A stretch of 17,992 bases of DNA from Gemmatimonadota bacterium (lineage in GTDB: Bacteria > Gemmatimonadota > Gemmatimonadetes > Gemmatimonadales > GWC2-71-9): contig JBDHKN010000091.1 in assembly GCA_039586365.1 (NCBI GenBank), positions 1-17,992 of the forward strand, given 5' to 3'. Both the position numbers and the translations under genes were made by a program. Shown here in pieces: positions 6,743 to 14,094 of the stretch. Numbering within the stretch: the stretch's first letter is position 1; each line of letters starts with the position of its first letter. The notes under the pieces are model-generated. The model had not been told where the DNA came from, did no database searches, and saw nothing but the letters and a program-made list of their open reading frames with translations.

Positions 6743-9700
6743 TTAGGAATGCAATGGTGGCCTCCGGGCCCCAAGACGGAGGAAGAGGGTCGGAACGACT
6801 ACCATGTTGAGCGCGGTGGACGTCAACAGCCCGCCCAACACGACGATTGCCATGGGTGCCTCGATCTCCTTGCCCGGCTCTCCGCCACCCAGGGCCAGAG
6901 GCAGCAGCGCCAAGGCGGCCGTGAGGGCGGTCATCAGAATCGGATTGAGTCGCTGCAGGGAGCCATGATACACAGCCTGGTATAGCGGTAGGCCCTGGTC
7001 AATGAGTCGGTTGTAGTTGCTCACGAGCAGGATGCCGTTGCGGACGGCTATCCCGAATAGCGTGACGAACCCCACGAGGGTGGCAACGTTCAGCGTGTTG
7101 TGCGAAGCCAGGATAGCAAATACCCCACCTATTAGTGCTAGTGGCAGATTCACCATGATGAGTAGTGCGGAACGCATACTGCCGAATTCCTGGAACAGGA
7201 TGAGGAAGATCACGACGACCGACAAGCCGGACAGCAGAGTGATCATTCGAGCGGCGGCAAAGCCGCTCTCGAACTGGCCGCCGAACTCGATGTAGTAGCC
7301 CTCGTCGAGCTCCACGGTCTGGGCGATGCGATCGCGCATTTGTGCGACGGCACCGGCAACATCTCCTCCAGTCACGTTGGCTTGCACGACCAGCTTGCGC
7401 TGAACGGCCTCCCTGCTGATGGTGTTTGGTCCCCTGTCTTCCACGATGTCGGCCAGCAGCACCAGAGGGACTTTCGCTCCCACCGGGGTGTCCACCAGAG
7501 CCGAGCGTATCTGTTCCGTAGTGCTCCGGTGCCCAGCCTCAAACCTCACGATCAGATCGAACATGTTCTGGCCTTCGAGAACTTGCGACACGACTGCTCC
7601 GTAGAAAGCGACGTCGATGGCCTCCGCCAGTTTACCGGCAGTCACCCCGTATCTAGCCATGGCTTGCCGGTCGGCGCGCACGCGTAGCTGCGGGACGTCG
7701 GCCTGTTGTTCCACTGACAGATCCACTACACCCGGGATATCTTCGACCGCGGTCCGGATTGCTTCGCCAATGCGTCTCAGTTCGTACAGGTCGCTACCGA
7801 ACAGTTTCACCGCGATGGCGGCCCTGGTTCCGGACAACATGTGATCGATGCGATGCCCGATTGGTTGGCCGAACGTGATGCTCATGCCGGGCACCGTAGT
7901 CACGAGGCGGCGCAACTCGGCGGTGATGTCTCGCTGCCTGCCGTATGAGAGATCCAACATCACTTCGATTTCTGCGCCGTTCACACCCTGCCCGTGCTCG
8001 TCCAGTTCTCCCCGCCCCGTGCGGCGGGCGGTGGACAACACCGCTGGGTGAGTCAGCAACCGGCGCTCGACGAGGCTCCCCAGGAGGTCTGACTCCTCGA
8101 TATTAGTACCGGGCACCGTCACCGCCGTGAGCGTTAATGCACCCTCCTGAAACTCAGGCAGGAATCCCCGACCCAGCAACGGCAGCACGAGCAGCGTAGC
8201 CACGACTGCGCCGGCCGCGGCGGCCCCGACGGTGAGTGGGCGCTCCAGCCAGCGGTCCAGGATACGTGAATACCACGTCTTGAGCCAGGTCACGAGCCAG
8301 CTTTCGCCCCCGCGTTTCACGAATGGAGCATTCGGGAGGAGATAGAACGAGAGGACCGGTGTCACCGTGACCGCGACGAGCAGTGAAGCGAGGATGCTGA
8401 CCACGTAGGCAAACCCCAATGGTCGGAACATCCTTCCCTCGACGCCGGACAGAAAGAACAGCGGCACGAAGACAATTGTGATCACCAAAGTCGCGTTGAC
8501 GATCGGGCCCATCACTTCTCTCGTAGCGTCGAACACCACGGTTGCCACTGGCTGTCTCTGCTCCGCTGCCGTAGCTGCGTTTTGCTTGAATTGCTGGAAG
8601 ATGTTTTCGACCGCTATGATCGCGTCGTCTACGAGCGCACCGACGGCGATGGCCATGCCTCCCAGCGTCATCGTGTTGATCGTGATGCCGAACAAGCGCA
8701 TGATCACGATAGCCGTCAATATCGACAGAGGGATAGCGAGCACGGAGATAGCCGTGGTCCGGATGTTCCACAGAAACAGGAACAGGATGACGATGACCAA
8801 GATGGCCCCATCACGCAGGGCCTCGATGACGTTATCGACGGCGAGCGAAATGAAGGTGGATTGGCGGAAGATGGCACGATTGATCGTCATGCCGTCCGGC
8901 AACCCTGCCTCGATACGGTCCAGTTCGGCGTCAATCCGTCTCGTAAGCTCGAGCGTGTTTGCGTCGGGCTGTTTCTGGATCGTGAGAACCACCGCCGGCT
9001 CTGCGTTGACCGACGCCGTTCCAAACCGGGGCTGTGGGCCGATCACGACGTCCGCAACGTCGTGCAACAGAATGGGTGTGCCATCCCGCACCACCACAAC
9101 CGTCTGTTCGATGTCCTCCAGCTGCCGCACGCGGCCAAGACCGCGGATGAGTATCTCCTGTCCGGCCGCCTGGTAGACGCCACCCGCAGCGATGGCGTTC
9201 GCGTCCCGTGCCGCCGCGAGCACCGCGTCGAGCGGGATTTCGAATGCCCGCAGCTGCTCGGGATGGACGAGGATTTGATACTGCTTCACTGCTCCGCCGT
9301 TGGTCACGACCTGAGCCACACCCGGGACCGCTAGGAGGCGCTTCCGCACGACCCAATCGGCGGTGGCTCTTACTTCGAGTGGTGCGTGGATGTCGCTGGC
9401 CAACGCGATCATCATGATCTCGCCCATGATCGAAGTGATGGGGGCAAGAGTGGGTTGGCTCGCGCCCGCAGGTAGCTGGAGAGCGACCAACTGCAGCTTT
9501 TCACTCACTACTTGACGGGCGCGAAAGATGTCCTGGCCCCAATCGAATTCCACCCATACTATGCTGAAGCCCTGAGTGGTCGACGAACGAACTCGTCGCA
9601 CACCGGTGGCTCCGTTCACCGCGGTCTCGATCGGAAATGTCACCAGCGTCTCGACCTCTTCGGTCGCCATGCCATGTGCGTCGGTGAGGATGGTGACGGT

Positions 9701-9835
9701 TGGCGCCGTGAGGTCGGGGAAGACGTCTACCGGCATCCTCGTGGCGGCATAGCCGCCGCCGAACAGTAACAGCACCGCAAAGAACAACGTGATGATCCGG
9801 TTCCTCAGGGACCACTCCAGCAGGAAGTTCAACAT
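6743..9835 (-). CDS. czcA: CusA/CzcA-family heavy-metal efflux RND permease (1030 aa)
   Basis: MPVDVFPDLTAPTV, EEVETLVTFPIE, NTMTLGGMAIAVGALVDDAII, GFLPEFQEG, ARRTGRGELDEH, RLNPILMTA, GGLLTSTALNMVVVP. Family-level call; metal specificity cannot be determined from sequence alone. Confidence 0.95.
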   Translation of the reverse strand: MLNFLLEWSLRNRIITLFFAVLLLFGGGYAATRMPVDVFPDLTAPTVTILTDAHGMATEEVETLVTFPIETAVNGATGVRRVRSSTTQGFSIVWVEFDWGQDIFRARQVVSEKLQLVALQLPAGASQPTLAPITSIMGEIMMIALASDIHAPLEVRATADWVVRKRLLAVPGVAQVVTNGGAVKQYQILVHPEQLRAFEIPLDAVLAAARDANAIAAGGVYQAAGQEILIRGLGRVRQLEDIEQTVVVVRDGTPILLHDVADVVIGPQPRFGTASVNAEPAVVLTIQKQPDANTLELTRRIDAELDRIEAGLPDGMTINRAIFRQSTFISLAVDNVIEALRDGAILVIVILFLFLWNIRTTAISVLAIPLSILTAIVIMRLFGITINTMTLGGMAIAVGALVDDAIIAVENIFQQFKQNAATAAEQRQPVATVVFDATREVMGPIVNATLVITIVFVPLFFLSGVEGRMFRPLGFAYVVSILASLLVAVTVTPVLSFYLLPNAPFVKRGGESWLVTWLKTWYSRILDRWLERPLTVGAAAAGAVVATLLVLPLLGRGFLPEFQEGALTLTAVTVPGTNIEESDLLGSLVERRLLTHPAVLSTARRTGRGELDEHGQGVNGAEIEVMLDLSYGRQRDITAELRRLVTTVPGMSITFGQPIGHRIDHMLSGTRAAIAVKLFGSDLYELRRIGEAIRTAVEDIPGVVDLSVEQQADVPQLRVRADRQAMARYGVTAGKLAEAIDVAFYGAVVSQVLEGQNMFDLIVRFEAGHRSTTEQIRSALVDTPVGAKVPLVLLADIVEDRGPNTISREAVQRKLVVQANVTGGDVAGAVAQMRDRIAQTVELDEGYYIEFGGQFESGFAAARMITLLSGLSVVVIFLILFQEFGSMRSALLIMVNLPLALIGGVFAILASHNTLNVATLVGFVTLFGIAVRNGILLVSNYNRLIDQGLPLYQAVYHGSLQRLNPILMTALTAALALLPLALGGGEPGKEIEAPMAIVVLGGLLTSTALNMVVVPTLFLRLGARRPPLHS

Positions 9836-9847
9836 CAGCCGTGTCCC

Positions 9848-11341
9848 CTAGTGCGCGTGCGCACGGTCGGAGAGTTCGGCCGTGTTCAGCGAGGCGAGTT
9901 TCACCTGATAGGCCCCCAGCGTCACGACCCGTTCACCCGAGGCCACCCCGGTTCTCACTATCGTCCATACCCCGTCTGACGGTCCCAGCGTCAGGATGCG
10001 TCGCTGGAACGTCTCGCCGCCAATCTGGACGTATGCCACGTTTAGCCCGTCTTCTTCCCGAACCGCTGATGTCGGTACAGCGGTTCCCGTTTCCGGTTCG
10101 CCTAGCAACAGCAGACCCTCGGCGAGCATACCGATTCTCAGGCGCTGGTCCTTGTTGTCCACCTCGAGCACTATTGGGAGGGTCCTCCTCGCTCGGTCGA
10201 TCACCTTCCCGACCGACACGACACGCGCCGACCGGTAGACCTCGTCGCTCCCTTCTACCTTGAAAGTGGCTCCCGCTGCCAGTGACAGATCCACCGCATG
10301 GTGAGCGGCGACGTCCATCCGTAGCCAAACCGTGCGAGGGTCGACGATGGAATAGAGCAGCTGACCGGCGGTGACGCGTTGACCCATCACCAGTTCCCGC
10401 CGGTCGACCACCCCTGTGATCGGAGCACGGAGCGACAGTTCGAAGCCCGATCCCGGCGTTGCACCCATGGAGGCGAGTGCGGCACGAGCTACCGCGAGAT
10501 CACGTCTGGCGTCTTCCAGACGCCTGGCTGGAATGGCCTCGATCGAGTAGAGCCGTTCCGCGCGAGCGACTTCCAGAGCCAAGCGTTGCTCCCGGGCTAT
10601 CTGAAGAGCGTAGGCATCGTCGCCGCTCACGGGAGCCAGTACCGCGAGCGTATCGCCCTTGCGGACCCAGTCTCCCGGGATGGGTACAGCCCCGTTGTCC
10701 TCGGGCAAGACCAGCCCGGCGACGGGAGCGGTGACCTCGACCAGTCCACCGACTTGCGGGATGATTTCACCGGTGGAACCAATGGAACGGGGCACCGCTT
10801 TCGCCGCGGCGGCCTCGGTGGCGAATGCTATCGCCCACTGTTGTTCTTTGAGGAATGTGATGCCGGCTGGAGGCTCGTCCTCTGGGCGCGGCCGGTCATC
10901 GTGTGACTCGCGGACCACCACGGGGCCAACGACAACCTCAGTCGACAGCCGCGGGCTGTTCAGGTCCATCACCAGCTCGTACTCGCCTGCCACGGAGAAC
11001 GAAGGAGCCGGCGCAAAGACCCCTGGCCGGGCCGGCTCAGCCACGCTCTCCACGAACTCGCCGCTATCCGGTACCATGAACCGCAGCGTCAGCACACCTT
11101 CGGTCACGGGTTGATGGGTCCGAAGATCGGTGAGATGGACGACCCACGGCTCGGTTGCTTCGCCCGCGAAGAGCTCCGGATGCTCGAAGAAGAGCTCGAC
11201 GGAGTCGGTCCATATCGTCACTGATTCGTGGTGGTGTTGGTCGGCTGGGTCGGCCGTGAAGTCGCCACCGCTTCCGCATGCGTGAGCCGAGCAGGTCAGC
11301 ACTGATATCAGGAAAGACCTAATGCGGGTCTGGTAGATCAT
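9848..11341 (-). CDS. czcB: RND periplasmic adaptor (CzcB-like), probable lipoprotein with an extra N-terminal domain
   Basis: Lipobox-like AHA-C, GDWVRKGDTL, LRAPITGVV, LRIGM, VPTSAV, GERVVTLGAYQVKLA, with His-rich ends (HHHE, HAH). It overlaps the tolC stop by ATGA at 11338-11341. Confidence 0.92.
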   Translation of the reverse strand: MIYQTRIRSFLISVLTCSAHACGSGGDFTADPADQHHHESVTIWTDSVELFFEHPELFAGEATEPWVVHLTDLRTHQPVTEGVLTLRFMVPDSGEFVESVAEPARPGVFAPAPSFSVAGEYELVMDLNSPRLSTEVVVGPVVVRESHDDRPRPEDEPPAGITFLKEQQWAIAFATEAAAAKAVPRSIGSTGEIIPQVGGLVEVTAPVAGLVLPEDNGAVPIPGDWVRKGDTLAVLAPVSGDDAYALQIAREQRLALEVARAERLYSIEAIPARRLEDARRDLAVARAALASMGATPGSGFELSLRAPITGVVDRRELVMGQRVTAGQLLYSIVDPRTVWLRMDVAAHHAVDLSLAAGATFKVEGSDEVYRSARVVSVGKVIDRARRTLPIVLEVDNKDQRLRIGMLAEGLLLLGEPETGTAVPTSAVREEDGLNVAYVQIGGETFQRRILTLGPSDGVWTIVRTGVASGERVVTLGAYQVKLASLNTAELSDRAHAH

Positions 11342-12618
11342 ATGTCCCCCTCTCCGGCCGGCTGTGAGTTGCTGAATCCTCCAGCCGCGCGTTCGAGGTC
11401 GTAATAAGCGATCCAGAGTTCTGCAATCACGTGCGCTCTGGTGTCTTGAGCGTCCCGAAAGGCTTCGGCGGCATCCAGCAACTCCAGCAGGGTCATCTCT
11501 CCCTCGTCGTAGCTTGCCAGTGCTACTTCCAGTAGGTCATCTGAACCAGCCAACAGGGTGTCGGTAACCAGCCGGTCTATTCGCCTGAGAGAGGTGTATG
11601 CATCCAGCGCGGTATTCAAGTCGTTCTCAACCGCCCGGCGTGTCAGGAGCAGACGTCTCTCGGCGGCGTCCAGCCTGGCGGTGGCCGCGTCGGACTCTCC
11701 ACCCTGTCGATCCAGTATTGGGAGAGGCAGTTCCAGGCCTAGGACTCCGCCGTCGAACCCACCGGAAATTCGCTTGTATCCGGCGACAACCGTGGGATTG
11801 GGTAGAGCCCCCCAACGGGCAAGGCTGACGGCGGCGCTCGCAGCCTCAACGCTGAGATCCGCGGCTAACAGCTCAGGTCGCTGTGCCAACGCACTGGCGA
11901 CGAGATCAGAATCGCTCACGGCAGGAGGGATGCCCGCCAAAGGCGACATCGGTGCCGCCAGGAGGCCGATTGAATCCGGCATCAGTAGCATTGTCAGTCG
12001 GCGCCGAGCCTGAGCCAACTCAATGGCTGCGTGGCGCAGTTGGCTCTCGTAGCGGGCCCGCTCGACCCGAATCCGTCTCAGCTCGTAACCCGATATGTCG
12101 CCCTCGGCAAACCGAGCCGTGCCGTTCTGCTCCGCTCGGCGAAACACCCCCGCGACCTGATGCACCACTTGGAACGTGACCTCGTCTCGACCGGCTGCAA
12201 CGAACGCCTGCTTCACAGCGAAGTTGAGGGCGCTGCTATCGGCCCGCGACATCGCACTAGCTGCGTCGGCTGCTCTGGCCGTTGCAGCCCTCCGCTGCCC
12301 GTACCTCCACGGCCAGTCTATCTGTTGACTCAAGGTCACGTAGCGCTCGGTCTCGCTGAGGTCCGAGCCGTTTGAAACCGACTCGTGCTGCAGCGCGGCT
12401 ACTGGATTGGGGTAAGCCTTCGCCTGCCGGGCCAATCCCGCTGCTTCGGCTGCCGTAGCCCGAGATATCTGCAGTTCCAGGTTGTTGTCTCCGAAGAGCT
12501 GTAGTGCTTGCTCCAGGGTCACTCGCGTGACCCTCTCCTGGGCCACTGCAGTGCTGCAGGGCAGGAGAACAAGGCTGGCCAGGATCACCCCGTATGCGTG
12601 TCGCTTCCTGAGTTGCAC
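11338..12618 (-). CDS. czcC: TolC/CzcC-family outer-membrane efflux protein
   Basis: Signal peptide, VTLEQAL, NPEL-type repeats (NNLEL, QRPEL), YPNP/LPNP, LELPLPILDR, YDEGEMTLLELLDA. GTG start with SD GGGAGG (12624-12629). Confidence 0.92.
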   Translation of the reverse strand: MQLRKRHAYGVILASLVLLPCSTAVAQERVTRVTLEQALQLFGDNNLELQISRATAAEAAGLARQAKAYPNPVAALQHESVSNGSDLSETERYVTLSQQIDWPWRYGQRRAATARAADAASAMSRADSSALNFAVKQAFVAAGRDEVTFQVVHQVAGVFRRAEQNGTARFAEGDISGYELRRIRVERARYESQLRHAAIELAQARRRLTMLLMPDSIGLLAAPMSPLAGIPPAVSDSDLVASALAQRPELLAADLSVEAASAAVSLARWGALPNPTVVAGYKRISGGFDGGVLGLELPLPILDRQGGESDAATARLDAAERRLLLTRRAVENDLNTALDAYTSLRRIDRLVTDTLLAGSDDLLEVALASYDEGEMTLLELLDAAEAFRDAQDTRAHVIAELWIAYYDLERAAGGFSNSQPAGEGDI

Positions 12619-12722
12619 GCCGACCTCCCAATTGACGAAATCCGATCGGCCGCGTAGCGGTCCGATCTAGCGTACTTGAACTGTGGGTGTTGGAGCTGCT
12701 CCGGCTGGTCCGGAGCTGTCTG
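12616..12722 (-). promoter_or_regulatory. Structured spacer between the leader ORF and tolC (candidate attenuator)
   Basis: Hairpin 1 is GCTCCGG-ACCAG-CCGGAGC (12698-12716). It is followed by a C-rich, G-poor tract and hairpin 2, GATCGG-A-CCGC-TAC-GCGG-CCGATC (12644-12667). The 3' arm of hairpin 2 can alternatively pair with GGTCGGCGTG over the SD end and start codon. Confidence 0.5.
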
Positions 12723-13064
12723 TCAGGCGTGCGACGTGGGGGGGGCTCGCGTCCGGATACGAGAAAGTGGGTCTCGGCTTCCAGGGCGCATCTCGGAGTG
12801 TGCCACCGGTCGTAGCAGGCGCGACGCTGAGCCGTTGGTAGCAACTACTTCTGCACTCTCGGCCCCGGCAAGCTCTGCCTGCGGGTTCTTGTCGCGATCG
12901 TCTTGTTCGACAACCGGCGCCCTGCAATCGCAGTGACTGGCCTCAACGTGTGCCACCGTGCAGTCGTGGTGCGGATGAGGATGCAGCCGTACGGCTGACG
13001 AGAAGAACGACAGGAAGCCGCCCAGCATCAGCCCCAATGCGGCATTCGACCGGATGCGTAACAT
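12723..13064 (-). CDS. 113-aa His/Cys-rich leader protein with C-terminal RAPP motif (DUF2946/CruR/CzcI-like candidate arrest peptide)
   Basis: Basic then hydrophobic N-terminus MLRIRSNAALGLMLGGFLSFFSSAV, then HPHPHHDC...H...HCDC, ending RIRTRAPPTSHA*. It lies directly upstream of czcCBA. The start at ATG 13064 was chosen from the promoter geometry. Confidence 0.75.
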   Translation of the reverse strand: MLRIRSNAALGLMLGGFLSFFSSAVRLHPHPHHDCTVAHVEASHCDCRAPVVEQDDRDKNPQAELAGAESAEVVATNGSASRLLRPVAHSEMRPGSRDPLSRIRTRAPPTSHA

Positions 13065-13070
13065 GGTCGG

Positions 13071-13099
13071 ATATTCGAGGAATTCAAGCTGGGTGTCAA
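13071..13099 (-). promoter_or_regulatory. Sigma70-type promoter for the leader ORF-czcCBA unit, probably leaderless
   Basis: Perfect -35 TTGACA (13099-13094), 17-nt spacer, -10-like GAATAT (13076-13071) retaining the -11A and -7T, then 6 nt and the ATG. No SD is present. Confidence 0.6.
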
Positions 13100-13189
13100 G
13101 CTGCAATCGCATCACGAACGGCAGGATGATGCCGCATCCCTGGTGGCGGGAGAGGTTGAGGAGTATGACCTAGTTGCAGCTCGTGTGTG

Positions 13190-13619
13190 AGCCTTCGGAC
13201 CAGCAGCACGTCTTCGCCGCCGACTTTCTGCGCCTTCCAAATGCAGCGCTGCCGGTGCAGTCGCAGCCAACCAGCGGCAAACACCAAGAGAACGAGGGTG
13301 GAGCCGAGGATCCAAAGGACTGCCAGAGATCCCTCGACGGCCGGAAGGAACACCCGTGATCCCGAGTGCGCAGCGGCACCACGGTACCCATCTCATAGAG
13401 GAACTCGACAGGGAGGCCGAGGCCTCCGCCGAGGGCCTCCGGCTCGCCTGCAGGGACCAGCCGAGGCAGGAACGGTGTGACGCCAACCGCGGCCAGCGCT
13501 CCGAACCAGGCCCAGCGCGTGGGCCTTCCCAGTGACCTGAGCGCCCGATCGAGAAAGTGGGCTGCCCCGGCGACGAGTAGGGCCAGTACCACGGAGTAGA
13601 TCATCACCGGCAGGGTCAC
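13190..13619 (-). pseudogene. BlaR1/MecR1-like M56 peptidase remnant (frameshifted, 3' truncated)
   Basis: Coupled to blaI by a GTGA overlap. N-terminus MIYSVVLALLVAGAA...LGRPTRWAW. The M56-like membrane segment LWILGSTLVLLVFAAGWLRLHRQR...VGGEDVLL continues only in another frame (ORF 13096..13353). No HExxH zinc motif follows. Confidence 0.8.
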
Positions 13620-13990
13620 GGCTCACCATCCTCCAGCTCTTCCAAGATCTTCCGCATGCGGGCCAGCTCTTTTGGCGGGATATCTTGCTCGGACACCAGC
13701 TGAGCAAGAAGCAGTGCAGCCGACCCGCCGAAGATCTTCTCCCGGATGCGGTTGAGGGCGCTTCCTCCGGCGGCCTCCTTCTCGACCAGGGGGTAGTATC
13801 GGTACGCCCGTCCCTCTGATTTGTGACGGACCGCTCCCTTTCTCTCCAGGATCTGGAGGAACTTGAGGACCGTAGTGTAGGCCACGGAGTCACCCAGGGT
13901 CTCCCGAACCTCGGCGACCGAGCCGGATCCTTCTCGCCACAGCACGCTCATGATGTCCAGCTCGCGCTCGGTGAATGTGTGGTTGCCCAA
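13616..13990 (-). CDS. blaI: BlaI/MecI/CopY-family transcriptional repressor (124 aa)
   Basis: FTERELDIMSVLW.EGSGSVAEVRE.L...VAYTTVLKFLQILERKG.V.H..EGRAYRYYPLV...FGGSAALLLAQLV. Probable TTG start at 13990 with SD GGAGA. There is no C-terminal CxC/CxxC, so it is not CopY-type. Confidence 0.92.
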   Translation of the reverse strand: MGNHTFTERELDIMSVLWREGSGSVAEVRETLGDSVAYTTVLKFLQILERKGAVRHKSEGRAYRYYPLVEKEAAGGSALNRIREKIFGGSAALLLAQLVSEQDIPPKELARMRKILEELEDGEP

Positions 13991-14094
13991 GGAAGGATTC
14001 TCCGGCTGAGGTGACGTGTCCGCGCGCTTCTTTGTCAGAGATCCTCGACCGACCCGGACCACAAGGAGAGGCCGGCCGCTCGACGGCCATCTCT

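Noticed and set aside
13616..13990. CopY copper-sensing repressor regulating the efflux operon
   Set aside because: The protein has no Cys and is coupled to an M56 gene, so it is BlaI-type. I saw no TACA-NN-TGTA box at the efflux promoter.
14066..14094. Intrinsic terminator after the beta-barrel gene (GGCCG-TCGAG-CGGCC)
   Set aside because: The core stem is only 5 bp with an imperfect extension and no U-tract, too weak to call.
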